Of a stretch of DNA of 64,000 nucleotides, positions 27,714-40,124 are shown piece after piece. Both the position numbers and the translations under genes were made by a program. How positions within the stretch are numbered: position 1 is the first letter of the stretch; each line of letters begins with the position of its first letter. The notes beneath the pieces were generated by a model, which saw only the letters and a program-made list of their open reading frames with translations, did no database searches and had not been told where the DNA came from. Source of the DNA: Candidatus Omnitrophota bacterium (GTDB taxonomy: Bacteria > Omnitrophota > Gorgyraeia > JAGLLT01); assembly GCA_030632085.1 (NCBI GenBank), contig DAOVJY010000001.1, positions 142,289 to 206,288 of the forward strand, written 5' to 3'.

Positions 27714-28607
27714 TCACACCTTCGCCAGATGACCATCCCCATGCTCTCTTAGAGGGATATCATCATCTGGAGGGGTATATTCAAACTTAGTGATATCAAT
27801 CTTAAGCTTCCTGGTTTCAGGCTCAGGAGCTAATCCTGCCTGAAAGAGGATTTTGGTATAGGGGTGGAGCGGATTATTGTATATTTCTTTGGCGTCTGCT
27901 ATTTCAACTATTTTACCTTGATACATAACAGCAACTCTATCACAGAAATATTCAACTAAGGGTAAGTCGTGACTTATAAATAAATAACTAAGGTTTAATT
28001 CTTTTTGTAATTGTTTAAGTAAGTTTAATATCTGGGCTCTAATTGACATATCAAGTGATGAAACCGCCTCATCACAAACAATAAACTCCGGCTCCACCGA
28101 TAATGCCCTGGCAATGGCTACTCTCTGCCTCTGGCCTCCTGAGAACTGATGAGGGTATTTATTTTTATCAGCATAAACTAAACCTACCAACTCTAATAAC
28201 TCTCTTAATCTTTTACCTTCACCTTGACTATCATATAGCTTATGTATTCTAATGCCCTCGAGTAAAATATCTTTAATAGACATCCGGGGATTAAGGGAAT
28301 TGAAAGGGTCCTGAAAGATTATCTGAGAGCTTCTTCTTACCTTTCTGATGTCTCCCCTATCCCGACTAAAAACATCTATACCTTTAATTAAAACTTCACC
28401 CTTATCAGGTTTTAATAAATTTAAAATCAGCCTTCCGCAAGTAGTCTTACCGCTTCCGGACTCACCAACTAACCCGAGACTACTTCCCTCTTTAATTTCA
28501 AAGTCCACATTATCAACGGCTCTGACTTCTGTCTTTTTGTATCCAAAAAGACCTTTAGAGATACTAAATATTTTAGTTAAGTTTTTTACTTCAACTATTT
28601 TTTGCAT
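27714..28607 (-). CDS. oppF: Oligopeptide/dipeptide ABC transporter ATP-binding protein
   Basis: Walker A GESGSGKTT, ABC signature LSGGQRQRV and an Opp C-terminal extension are present. Confidence 0.85.
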   Translation of the reverse strand: MQKIVEVKNLTKIFSISKGLFGYKKTEVRAVDNVDFEIKEGSSLGLVGESGSGKTTCGRLILNLLKPDKGEVLIKGIDVFSRDRGDIRKVRRSSQIIFQDPFNSLNPRMSIKDILLEGIRIHKLYDSQGEGKRLRELLELVGLVYADKNKYPHQFSGGQRQRVAIARALSVEPEFIVCDEAVSSLDMSIRAQILNLLKQLQKELNLSYLFISHDLPLVEYFCDRVAVMYQGKIVEIADAKEIYNNPLHPYTKILFQAGLAPEPETRKLKIDITKFEYTPPDDDIPLREHGDGHLAKV

Positions 28608-29551
28608 TTATGACACCTTACAAAGTGGCCTTTATTGATTTCTACTAATTCGGTAATTTTATTTTTACACTCCGCGTCCGCCTCGCTACATCTGGGCTTA
28701 AACCTGCAGCCGATGGGTAGTTTAGTTAAATCGCAGACCGCACCTTTTAGCACCGTGAGATTATCCTTCTTCTGCTGCATCTGTTTTAGGGAAACCAGTA
28801 ATGCTTTTGTATAAGGATGCCGCGGATTTTTAAAGAGGTCTTCACTTGAGGCATATTCAACTATTTCACCGGCATACATTACCGCGATTGAATCCGCTAA
28901 GCGGGCAATTACCCCAAAATCATGACTGACAATTAAAACAGACATATTATACTCTCTTTGAAGTTCATCAAGCAGCTCTAAAACCTGCGCCTGGGTAGTG
29001 ACATCCAGCGCCGTGGTCGGCTCATCAGCGATTAAGATATCCGGCTTAAGAGAAATAGCCATTGCTATCATCACCCTTTGCCTCATACCGCCGCTTAAAT
29101 TATGGGGATATTCATAGAACCTGGCTTCGGGTTTATCTATTTTTACTTTCTTTAAAAGCTCTATCGCCTGCTTCTTAGCCTCACTTTGAGTAACCTGCTT
29201 ATGAGTCATGATGGCTTCGGTTAGTTGTTCACCGATGGTTATTACCGGATTTAGAGAACTCATCGGCTCCTGAAAAATCATAGATATCTTATCACCCCGG
29301 ACAGTTCTTAACTTTTTGCTATCCATCTTAAAGATATTTTCATCCTTAAATAAAATCTTCCCCCAGGTTATCTGGGCTTCAGCCGGAAGCAGTTTTAGAA
29401 TAGCTAAACAGGTCATACTTTTACCGCAGCCGGACTCACCTACCAGGCCCAGGTTCTTTCCTTTTTCTATCTTTAAGGAAACCTTATCGCAGGCCTTCAG
29501 TTCACCTTGAGGGGTCTTGAATTTAACTGTAAGTTCTTTTATCTCTAACAT
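28595..29551 (-). CDS. oppD: Oligopeptide/dipeptide ABC transporter ATP-binding protein
   Basis: Walker A GESGCGKS, signature LSGGMRQRV and a C-terminal Cys cluster are present. Confidence 0.85.
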   Translation of the reverse strand: MLEIKELTVKFKTPQGELKACDKVSLKIEKGKNLGLVGESGCGKSMTCLAILKLLPAEAQITWGKILFKDENIFKMDSKKLRTVRGDKISMIFQEPMSSLNPVITIGEQLTEAIMTHKQVTQSEAKKQAIELLKKVKIDKPEARFYEYPHNLSGGMRQRVMIAMAISLKPDILIADEPTTALDVTTQAQVLELLDELQREYNMSVLIVSHDFGVIARLADSIAVMYAGEIVEYASSEDLFKNPRHPYTKALLVSLKQMQQKKDNLTVLKGAVCDLTKLPIGCRFKPRCSEADAECKNKITELVEINKGHFVRCHKCKK

Positions 29552-30420
29552 TATTTCTGATTAAATCCTTTTAGTCTGGGGTCCAGAACATCCCTGAGCG
29601 TCTCACCCACCAGGTTATAACTTAAAACAGTTATTAGGATTGCTAAACCGGGAAAGAGCATCAGCCACCAGGCGCTTTCAATATAATGCATACCGGTAGT
29701 TAGAATATTGCCCCAACTAGGCGTTGGTATCTGTACTCCCAGGCCTAAAAAACTCAAAGAGGACTCAATTAATATCGCTCCGCCGACACCTAAGACAGCG
29801 CTGACATATACCGGCGATAAAGCATTGGGGAGAATGTGCCTGAAGATTATCCTTCTATCTCCCGCCCCTAAAGCCCTGGCGGCATGAACATAATCCCTTT
29901 CTTTTAGGGATAAAAACTCTGCCCTGACTAATCTGGCTAAACCTGTCCAACCGGTTAAACCAATAACCGCCATTACTATCAGGATATTGGGCCCTAAAAA
30001 AGCAATCAGCATTAAAATCAAAAATATCCTGGGAAAACACATAATTATTTCGACTATTCTCATTAAAAGGATATCCACCCAACCGCCAAAATATCCCGCA
30101 ATTGCCCCTACCGTGACTCCGATAATTAAAGATAAACCCACCGCCACAAAACCCACGCTTAACGATATTCGCGCTCCATAGACCATACGCGAGAAGACAT
30201 CCCGGCCTAAATCATCCGTACCTAAAAGATGTTTTAATGACGGTGCCTGAAGCCTGGCTCCGGGAGCTAGATTTATTTCTTCGGGGTCATAAGGCGCGAT
30301 AAAGTTGGCGAAGACAGCTATTAGAAACATAACTAAGATAACCGCTAAACCCACAGCCGCGTATTTTTTTCTAAAGTCTTTTTTCTTACTCATATCTAAT
30401 CCTGGGGTCAATTGCCGCAT
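29551..30420 (-). CDS. oppC: Oligopeptide ABC transporter permease
   Basis: BPD-type inner-membrane component with six TM helices. Confidence 0.85.
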   Translation of the reverse strand: MRQLTPGLDMSKKKDFRKKYAAVGLAVILVMFLIAVFANFIAPYDPEEINLAPGARLQAPSLKHLLGTDDLGRDVFSRMVYGARISLSVGFVAVGLSLIIGVTVGAIAGYFGGWVDILLMRIVEIIMCFPRIFLILMLIAFLGPNILIVMAVIGLTGWTGLARLVRAEFLSLKERDYVHAARALGAGDRRIIFRHILPNALSPVYVSAVLGVGGAILIESSLSFLGLGVQIPTPSWGNILTTGMHYIESAWWLMLFPGLAILITVLSYNLVGETLRDVLDPRLKGFNQK

Positions 30421-31357
30421 AAAGAATATCTGAAATTAGAATTCCCAAAAGGGTTAAGAAAACACTTATAATCCCGACACCCATAACTGTGGGATAGTCA
30501 TACTGCATAATTGACATATATCCTAAGCGTCCCATTCCCGGCCAGGCAAAGATGGTCTCAAAAATAAAACTGCCCCCGATTAAAGCCGGCAGGGTCATAC
30601 CTAAAATGGTTACAACCGGTAAAAGCGCATTTTTTAAGGCATGCTTAAATATTATCCTGTTCTCAGCTAAACCTTTGGCCCGGGCGGTTCTGATATAATC
30701 CTGCCTGATAACTTCCAACATGCTGTATCTGACATAACGGGAAAGGCTAGCCAGGCCGGTAAAGGCCAGAGTAACCAGGGGCAGGACTAAATGCCATAAA
30801 ATATCCCCTATCCTTTGAGGTAGGCTCATATACTGGGCATACCAAGGACTCATACCAGAGACCGGAAACCACTCTAACTCAAAAGAAAATAGACGCATTA
30901 ACATTAAGGCCAGCCAGAATGTAGGCGTGGCAAAACCGATAAAAACTAAAAAAGTGGTTACTTTATCAAAAAATGAATTTTGTTTTACCGCCGATAAAAC
31001 CCCCACGGGGATAGCAATGGAAAAGATTAATAACAAGGCTGAAATCTGCAGGAGTAAGGTTGCCGGAAGTCGCTCTTTAATCTTATCTATAACCGGGCGA
31101 TTATCTACAAAAGACCTTCCAAAATCAAGGGTAACTACCCTTTTGAGCCAGCAGCCATATTGAACCACAAAAGGTTTATCTAAATTATAGAGTTCTTTTA
31201 ACTGGGCTCTGGCCGAGCCGGACACTTCCGGATTGAGGCCATAACGCAAGCTGGTCGGATCCCCGGGGGATAAATGCATTATCAGCAGGGTTAATAAAGA
31301 AATCCCGAGTAACATGGGAACCATTAATAATAATCTTTTTGCTATATATTTAATCAT
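30386..31357 (-). CDS. oppB: Oligopeptide ABC transporter permease
   Basis: BPD-type permease. Confidence 0.85.
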   Translation of the reverse strand: MIKYIAKRLLLMVPMLLGISLLTLLIMHLSPGDPTSLRYGLNPEVSGSARAQLKELYNLDKPFVVQYGCWLKRVVTLDFGRSFVDNRPVIDKIKERLPATLLLQISALLLIFSIAIPVGVLSAVKQNSFFDKVTTFLVFIGFATPTFWLALMLMRLFSFELEWFPVSGMSPWYAQYMSLPQRIGDILWHLVLPLVTLAFTGLASLSRYVRYSMLEVIRQDYIRTARAKGLAENRIIFKHALKNALLPVVTILGMTLPALIGGSFIFETIFAWPGMGRLGYMSIMQYDYPTVMGVGIISVFLTLLGILISDILYAAIDPRIRYE

Positions 31358-31360
31358 ATC

Positions 31361-32956
31361 TTAAAACACATATCTCTGCTCAGCTTTAGGCACATGCCAG
31401 TTAATAAAATCATATGAAATCCCGGCCGGTGCCGGAACAATTCCCTTAAATCTTTTATTTACCGCCGGTAAAGCATAAGGAAAATATAAAAATGTATAAG
31501 GCTGTTCTTCGGCAATAAGAGCGTGTATCTTCTGATAACATTTGGCCCTCTCGCTTATATCATAAGTGCCCCTTGCCGCCTCAATCAGTTTATCAACCTC
31601 CGGATTATTATAGCCGATAAAATTAAGCCCGCCTTCTTTTATAGTCTCACTGTGCCAGACATTATAACAGTCCGGGTCAATGGGCATGGTCCAGCCTAAA
31701 ATAAGCGCCTGGAAATTTCTCTTATCCACGAACTCTTTTAAAAAGGTTACAAAGGCGATAGTCTGGACTTCCACTTTAATACCTATATCCTGCCAGTTGC
31801 GCTGGGTGATGGTCGCCACATCTTCTCTTTGTTTATTGCCCTGATTAGTAATCAATTTAAAAGAAAAAGGTTGGCCATTTTTATCTAAGATACCATCAGC
31901 ATCCGTATCTTCCCAGCCGGCCTCAGCCAATAACTCCCGAGCCTTATCGGGGTCATAAGGATATTTTTTTACGTCATCATTATAGGCATAGGTATTTTTA
32001 ATAAAGGGCCCGCTGCACTCCTCGCCTAAACCCATTAAAACCCCTTCAATAATAGCCTCTTTATCAATAGCATAAGAAAGGGCCTGCCTGACTCTCTTAT
32101 CAGAAAACATGGGGTCTTTTAAATTATAGCCGATATAGGTATACTGATGCGCCAGGTATTTATATTTATTAAAGCGCTGATTAAACTTAATTGTCTCTGT
32201 ACGGTATTTATACTGATAGGGGCTTAAGCTCATATAGTCAATGCCGCCGGTAATAAGCTCCAAGAACTGAACCGCCTGGTCGGGAATAATACGCTCAACA
32301 TATTTTGAAATATAGGGCTCACCATCAAAATAATCTTTATAACTGTTTAGAATCATATGCTGGTCTGTCTTCCAGACGTCTAATATATAAGGGCCTGTTC
32401 CTACGGGAGCGCGGGCATATTTGGAATCGCGGATATTAATCCCTTTAAATAAATGTTTAGGAATAATACCCATACCCAGTTTTAATAACGCGGGGGCATA
32501 GGGTTTTTTATAAACAAATTCTATTGTATGCTTATCAATAACTCTTATATTTTCTATATCCTGAAAACTGGCTATATAGGGTACGGCATTATCAGGATTA
32601 AGAATGGTTTCAAAGGTGAACTTAACATCCTCCGCCGTAAATTCCACACCGTCCTGCCAAATAACATTTTCTCGAAGCTTGAAAATAATTCGCAGCTTAT
32701 CATCAGAGACTTCCCAGCTTTTTGCCAAATCACCGACAACCTTTAAATCTTTGTCAACTTTAGTAAGGCCGTTATAAACCAGGCCGCAAATACCGCCTGA
32801 AGCCGAATCATCGGCTAAAAAAGGAATTAATATAGTCGCGTCAGATAAACTGCCCGAGACATAAGCATCGCCGTAATCGTCCGCGAAACTAAAAGAAAAA
32901 CCAAAAATAAACAATAAAAAAGACACTGTTATTGCAAACAATGTCTTCATTATCAT
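31361..32956 (-). CDS. oppA: Oligopeptide ABC transporter substrate-binding protein (SBP family 5)
   Basis: SBP_bac_5 fold. The likely start is the internal MIMKTLFAITVSFLLF signal peptide, whereas the ORF track extends to 33046. Confidence 0.8.
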   Translation of the reverse strand: MIMKTLFAITVSFLLFIFGFSFSFADDYGDAYVSGSLSDATILIPFLADDSASGGICGLVYNGLTKVDKDLKVVGDLAKSWEVSDDKLRIIFKLRENVIWQDGVEFTAEDVKFTFETILNPDNAVPYIASFQDIENIRVIDKHTIEFVYKKPYAPALLKLGMGIIPKHLFKGINIRDSKYARAPVGTGPYILDVWKTDQHMILNSYKDYFDGEPYISKYVERIIPDQAVQFLELITGGIDYMSLSPYQYKYRTETIKFNQRFNKYKYLAHQYTYIGYNLKDPMFSDKRVRQALSYAIDKEAIIEGVLMGLGEECSGPFIKNTYAYNDDVKKYPYDPDKARELLAEAGWEDTDADGILDKNGQPFSFKLITNQGNKQREDVATITQRNWQDIGIKVEVQTIAFVTFLKEFVDKRNFQALILGWTMPIDPDCYNVWHSETIKEGGLNFIGYNNPEVDKLIEAARGTYDISERAKCYQKIHALIAEEQPYTFLYFPYALPAVNKRFKGIVPAPAGISYDFINWHVPKAEQRYVF

Positions 32957-33008
32957 CCCTTCAATAATATATGAGGGTTTGAAAGTATAAGAACTGCTAC
33001 TAAAGAAT

Positions 33009-33335
33009 TTACTCTCCTTTAGCTTCATCTTGCACAGGCTCGGCACCGGCAGCCTTTTCTACCTGCTCTTGATTAGCAGCTTCAGGGCCTTCAAAGAGAG
33101 ACTCTGTCTTTTTGCCTGTAAGTATTGTCAGCGATATGCAGATTACAAAGAACAAGACCGCGAGAACAGCTGTACCCTTTGTGAGAAATTTAGAGGCTTT
33201 GGCACCTAAGAATGATTCGGCCATGCCGCCGCCAAAAGCACCGGCTATACCTCCGCCATCTCCCTGCTGCATTAAAACTAACCCTACTAAAATCACGCAG
33301 ACAATTACATGCAAGGTTATCAAAATTGCAAACAT
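33009..33335 (-). CDS. secG: Preprotein translocase subunit SecG
   Basis: LMQQGDGGGIAGAFGGG motif and two TM helices are present. Confidence 0.85.
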   Translation of the reverse strand: MFAILITLHVIVCVILVGLVLMQQGDGGGIAGAFGGGMAESFLGAKASKFLTKGTAVLAVLFFVICISLTILTGKKTESLFEGPEAANQEQVEKAAGAEPVQDEAKGE

Positions 33336-33338
33336 TTT

Positions 33339-34103
33339 TTACTCCTTATTAGATTTTTTGACTAATTCAGTAAAACTTTCGGCGTCTAAACTCGCCCCGC
33401 CTATAAGGCCCCCGTCAACATCAGGCTGGCTTATAAGCTCCTCTACGTTTGAGGACTTCATGCTGCCGCCATAGAGGATAATCGTCTCATTAGCTACTTC
33501 CTGATTATATTTTTCTTTAATAAGATTTCTGATAAAAGCGTGAGCTTCCTGAGCTTGTTCGGCAGTGGCCGTTTTACCGGTACCTATAGCCCAAACCGGC
33601 TCATAAGCAATGATTATTTCTTTCATGGCCTCAACATCTATATCCTTTAAATCACCTTCTAACTGAGAGGTGATAACATCAAATGTTTTATTGGCTTCTC
33701 TTTCTTCAAGTTTTTCCCCGATACAAAGGATGGGAGTCAAACCGGCTTCAATGGCTTTCTTTATTTTTTTATTTATAAGCGTGTCGGATTCATTAAAAAT
33801 AACTCTTCTCTCCGAGTGGCCTATAATAACATGGCTGCAACCGTTGTCCTTAAGCATAGAGGCTGATATTTCTCCGGTATAAGCTCCGCTCTCCTCAAAA
33901 TAGAAATTTTGCGCTCCCAGGGAGATATTTGATTCATTTATAACGTCACTGGCAACAGATAGGGCCGTAAACGGCGGACAAATTAAAATATCAACATTAT
34001 CTATATCGCATACTTCTCTTTTTATCTCATTAACCAAAATTGCGGCTTCTGTAGCCGTTTTGTTCATTTTCCAGTTTCCAGCAATTAATATTCTTCGTGC
34101 CAT
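33339..34103 (-). CDS. tpiA: Triosephosphate isomerase
   Basis: IAGNWKMN, IGHSERR and AYEPVWAIGTG motifs are present. Confidence 0.9.
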   Translation of the reverse strand: MARRILIAGNWKMNKTATEAAILVNEIKREVCDIDNVDILICPPFTALSVASDVINESNISLGAQNFYFEESGAYTGEISASMLKDNGCSHVIIGHSERRVIFNESDTLINKKIKKAIEAGLTPILCIGEKLEEREANKTFDVITSQLEGDLKDIDVEAMKEIIIAYEPVWAIGTGKTATAEQAQEAHAFIRNLIKEKYNQEVANETIILYGGSMKSSNVEELISQPDVDGGLIGGASLDAESFTELVKKSNKE

Positions 34104-34113
34104 TTTTTATTCC

Positions 34114-36358
<2,245 letters not shown>

Positions 36359-36379
36359 TTATATATAAAAAAGCCCTCT

Positions 36380-36416
36380 CTGTCAAGGTATTTATTGGAA
36401 ATTAGGCCTAATTATG
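36380..36416 (-). promoter_or_regulatory. Probable gap-operon promoter region; copy 1 of a 37-bp direct repeat
   Basis: The minus strand reads CATAATTAGGCCTAATTTCCAATAAATACCTTGACA, then 17 nt, then TATAAA. A 34/37-nt matching copy at 37034-37070 forms the yefM promoter. Confidence 0.55.
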
Positions 36417-36487
36417 CTTGGTGAAACTTAGAAGAAGAAAGGACCTCATTTACCCTTCTATAATAAATTATTTCACGTAATGCAGAA

Positions 36488-36757
36488 CTATTCATAATGT
36501 GTCCACATTCGGAGTATCTTTACAGTCTTGATATCTTTCAATATTTGGTAAACTAACCTATGATGAATATTAACACGACGAGAATATGCTCCAACTAAAT
36601 CTCCAACTAACTTTTCAAAAGATGGTTGCTGCTGGAAAGGATTATTGTTAAGGATTTCTAATAATTCTTCTACTTTTGGACGTAATCCCGAGGCATTAAT
36701 CTTTTTGGCATCTTTTTGAGCTTGTTTTGTGTAAACCAAGCGCCATTTCTTCACCAT
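36488..36757 (-). CDS. yoeB: YoeB/Txe-family toxin
   Basis: W.LVYTKQA...YSRRVNIHHRLVYQI..VKILRMWTHY matches YoeB. The likely start is MVKKW, which overlaps the yefM stop. Confidence 0.8.
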   Translation of the reverse strand: MVKKWRLVYTKQAQKDAKKINASGLRPKVEELLEILNNNPFQQQPSFEKLVGDLVGAYSRRVNIHHRLVYQILKDIKTVKILRMWTHYE

Positions 36758-37002
36758 TTCAGCACTTTGCTGCATTTTTCAACAGGTGTTTTGAGCCCTT
36801 CCCGTATTGATTTTCTCATCTCGGGGATTGACAATAAATAAAGTGTTTCCTTTACCGCGTTCCAATCATCAGTAGACACAAGAACAGCATTTGCCCTCTT
36901 GCCTGTAATCTGAATCGGCATATGAGAAGAAGCCGTTTCATCTAATAGTTTGTATAGTTTTGTTCTTGCTTCAGTTACGGTTATTGTTTTCATAATAATC
37001 AC
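36751..37002 (-). CDS. yefM: YefM/Phd-family antitoxin
   Basis: TVTEARTKLYKLLDE...VLVSTDDWNAVKETLYLLS matches Phd/YefM. A TTGACA-17-TATATT promoter and AGGTGA RBS lie upstream on the minus strand. Confidence 0.8.
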   Translation of the reverse strand: MIIMKTITVTEARTKLYKLLDETASSHMPIQITGKRANAVLVSTDDWNAVKETLYLLSIPEMRKSIREGLKTPVEKCSKVLKW

Positions 37003-37033
37003 CTCTAGTTAAATATACGTTATTACGTACGCA

Positions 37034-37070
37034 TTGTCAAGGTATTTATTGAAAATTAGGCATAATTATG
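37034..37070 (-). promoter_or_regulatory. yefM-yoeB promoter; copy 2 of the 37-bp direct repeat
   Basis: TTGACA-17-TATATT, AGGTGA RBS, then ATG. Confidence 0.55.
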
Positions 37071-37210
37071 TTTTCCAGATAACAATAAGACCTTATAGGG
37101 CTCTTCGCTTATTCGTTTTATTAGGATTTCTTCTAGTTTTTGCTTTAATTTGGGTGATAATGCACGAACATCTTTAAGGGCGGTTTTTGTAAGCGTGATT
37201 TAATAACGCC

Positions 37211-37402
37211 TTATTTCTGACTCTCAAATGCCTCATCCATGGAAACAGTTTCACCTTTTTTCATTTCTTTTACAGACTGAGCAATGCTTTTTCGAAAGCC
37301 CGGAATCGAAGATAAATATATTGTTTCCTCTTGGGCTTTCAAATCGTCCCCAACTGATACATAAACATCATTCTCTAATTTATTGCTCGTCATAAATAGC
37401 AT
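37211..37402 (-). pseudogene. Truncated second Phd/YefM-like antitoxin fragment (C-terminal half only)
   Basis: NDVYVSVGDDLKAQEETIYLSSIPGFRKSI aligns to the C-terminal half of the YefM at 36751..37002. The upstream 37403-37513 is open in another frame with no toxin partner. Confidence 0.4.
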
Positions 37403-37513
37403 CCTTTTCGTTATCCCACAACTCTTTCAAAACGATGTCTTCCTCCAGATGAATAGTAAGTAATTTTAACTCTTTTTCTTCAGTAATTCGCTGTAAATAT
37501 TTAGGTATATTTT

Positions 37514-38467
37514 TCACAATACCTTCTCCAGCCTATCCCCGCTTGCTAATCTAAAACCAATTAAAAAATCAGTATCATCCAGGGGTTTTTTGCCCTCTTG
37601 TTGTAAGCTAAGCAGTCTAATATAGCCATTTTTACATTTAACGACTAAACCTTGCTTCTTGTGAGCTAATGCCACTTCGGAGGGTTTATAATCCCTATCC
37701 TCTAATAAATCACTAGCTACCTCAATCACCCGGCTCTTAAGAACCTTTATTCTTTTGTCCTTAAAGAAAAAATAAGCTCCCGGCCAACCGGATGTACCTC
37801 TTATTAAATTATGAACTTCCCGGGCATCTTTATTCCAAACAATCAACCCATCTTCTTTCTTTAGGGCTCTGGCAAGCGATACTTTACTTTTGTCTTGAGG
37901 AGTGAAAATAATTTTGCCTTCAATAATTTCATCAATAACTTCTAAAATCATTTCACCTGATAAACCGGACAACTTATCTGAAAGCGTCTGCGCATTATCG
38001 TCCGAACTTATATCCAGTTCTTTTATATTAGCTATCTCACCCGCATCCATACTATTATTTATCTTAAAAATACTCACACCAGCCTTAGCCTCCCCGTTTA
38101 TCAGCGCCCAGTTTATGGGTGCCGCTCCTCTGTATTTTGGTAAAAGCGAGGGATGGATATTAATTGAATATAGTTTAGGAAGATTGAAGATGCTTTCAGG
38201 TAAAAAACTGCCATAAGCACAGACAACATAGATATCAGCTTTAATCTCGCGAAGTTCATTTAGGGCATCAAATGGTTTTTTATATTCAAGCACTTTTTGC
38301 CCCTTACTTAGAGCTAATTTCTTTACAGGCGACTGCATTAGCCCCAATGACCTGCCGCCTTTGCTATCGGGCTGGGTTACAACGGCCTCAACTCTATGTT
38401 CACTCGCCCAAAGCCTTTTAAGAGGCTCTAAAGCAAACTCCGAAGTACCAAAATAGACTATTTTCAT
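37514..38467 (-). CDS. fmt: Methionyl-tRNA formyltransferase
   Basis: MKIVYFGTSEFA start and an SLLPKYRGAAPI motif are present, with the C-terminal Fmt domain. Confidence 0.85.
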   Translation of the reverse strand: MKIVYFGTSEFALEPLKRLWASEHRVEAVVTQPDSKGGRSLGLMQSPVKKLALSKGQKVLEYKKPFDALNELREIKADIYVVCAYGSFLPESIFNLPKLYSINIHPSLLPKYRGAAPINWALINGEAKAGVSIFKINNSMDAGEIANIKELDISSDDNAQTLSDKLSGLSGEMILEVIDEIIEGKIIFTPQDKSKVSLARALKKEDGLIVWNKDAREVHNLIRGTSGWPGAYFFFKDKRIKVLKSRVIEVASDLLEDRDYKPSEVALAHKKQGLVVKCKNGYIRLLSLQQEGKKPLDDTDFLIGFRLASGDRLEKVL

Positions 38468-38612
38468 ACACTTATCCATGATTATACAACTTATCATAGC
38501 TTGTACTTAAATTCAACTTAAATATGCTATAATTACATATAACCTTATATATTGACAAAATTTACGCTTTTGCATATAATCATATTTAGACATTTAATAA
38601 TAGGAGAAAATT

Positions 38613-40019
38613 ATGGCTGATGCTCCCAAGGAAATACCTCAGGAAATACAAGCATATTTAATTAAAGCCGAAGGCGCTTTTAAAAAACATAATTATGACT
38701 ATGCTATCGAGCTCTACAGCAATGCCCTCGAATCAGATAAGACTATTAATAAGATACGTCATTACCTGCATATAAGTAAAATAAAAAACAACCGGGAAAA
38801 CCCGCCTTCATTTATTGTTCTGGGACTACATAAGGCCAAAGGCCAGGCTATTGCTTTAAACGCCAAAAAACTCGCATCCCAGGATAAGATTAATGAAGCT
38901 ATAGATGAATATGAAAAATCCCTTTCAGTAAACCCTTTAAATACTAAGACATTGTGCCATATGGGCGATCTTTTTGATCAGCTTGATAATAAGGAAGCCG
39001 CTATAATGACATTTCAGGATGCCCTCATGGTAAATCCTAATGAATTAAACGCTCTTAAAGAACTGGGTAGGCTCTTTAAAGAAAAAGAGGAGTTTGATAA
39101 AGCCAGACAATATTACAGCCACGCGCAAAAGTTAAATCCTACCGACGCAGATATCTTACAGGGATTAAAAGACCTCTCCGCCCTGCAGACTATAGATAGA
39201 GGCGGTTGGCAGGACCAGGATACATTCCGCGATAAAATCTTAGATAAAGAGAAAGCCTCCGAATTGGAAATCGAAACCAGAGCTTCAAAATCAGCTGAAG
39301 ATATAGAGTATCTCATTAACAGCATTAAAAAAAATCTTGCCTCAGACCCTGAGAACGTTAACCTTCTATTTAAATTAGCTGATAGCTATAAAGCCAAAGG
39401 TTTCCTCGCTGAAGCTATAGAAATTTATTCGCAAATCTTAAAATTAAAACCGGAAAACGAAGTCGCTTTAAGGAATATTGAAGATATAAACATTAAGAGC
39501 CTGGAAGTCGACTTAAATAAATTAAAAGAATCCTTAAAAATAGACCCCGAAAACACCCAAATAAAACAGAAAATCCAAGAAGTTGAAAATAAACAAAATC
39601 AAATACATTGTGAGCGCATAAAAAATCAAGTCGCGAAGCTGCCCAACGACCTTGCCCTGCGTTTTAAATACGGTATGCTCCTGAAACAAAAAGGAATGCT
39701 TGATGAAGCTATCAGCCAGTTTCAGGAAGCCATCAAAGATCCCTCCAGGCGGCTTGATGGCCTTAATATAATTGGGGAATGTTTCAAGGATAAAGGTTTG
39801 CTTGACCTAGCCGTAACCCAGTTCAAGAAAGCTCTATCGCTAACCGGTGAAGTTAATGAAAAAACTAAAATGATTATATACAATCTTGGTACAGCTTATG
39901 AGAAAATGGGTAAATCTCAGGAAGCCGTTGAAGAGTTCAAGAAAATCTACGAGGTAGATATCAGCTATAAAGATGTCGCTAAAAAAATCGAGCAAGCCTA
40001 TCAAGGGCCTAAAGATTAG
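38613..40019 (+). CDS. TPR-repeat protein
   Basis: Multiple 34-aa TPR units (A..Y....A....P.N) are spread over 468 aa. Confidence 0.7.
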   Translation: MADAPKEIPQEIQAYLIKAEGAFKKHNYDYAIELYSNALESDKTINKIRHYLHISKIKNNRENPPSFIVLGLHKAKGQAIALNAKKLASQDKINEAIDEYEKSLSVNPLNTKTLCHMGDLFDQLDNKEAAIMTFQDALMVNPNELNALKELGRLFKEKEEFDKARQYYSHAQKLNPTDADILQGLKDLSALQTIDRGGWQDQDTFRDKILDKEKASELEIETRASKSAEDIEYLINSIKKNLASDPENVNLLFKLADSYKAKGFLAEAIEIYSQILKLKPENEVALRNIEDINIKSLEVDLNKLKESLKIDPENTQIKQKIQEVENKQNQIHCERIKNQVAKLPNDLALRFKYGMLLKQKGMLDEAISQFQEAIKDPSRRLDGLNIIGECFKDKGLLDLAVTQFKKALSLTGEVNEKTKMIIYNLGTAYEKMGKSQEAVEEFKKIYEVDISYKDVAKKIEQAYQGPKD

Positions 40020-40124
40020 ACAAGTTGCAAGATACAAGTCATAAGAGACAAGCAAACAAGAAATAAGTCACAAGTCACAAGCAAAAAAACAAAAACAAAA
40101 GACAAGATGCAAGATGCAAGATGC

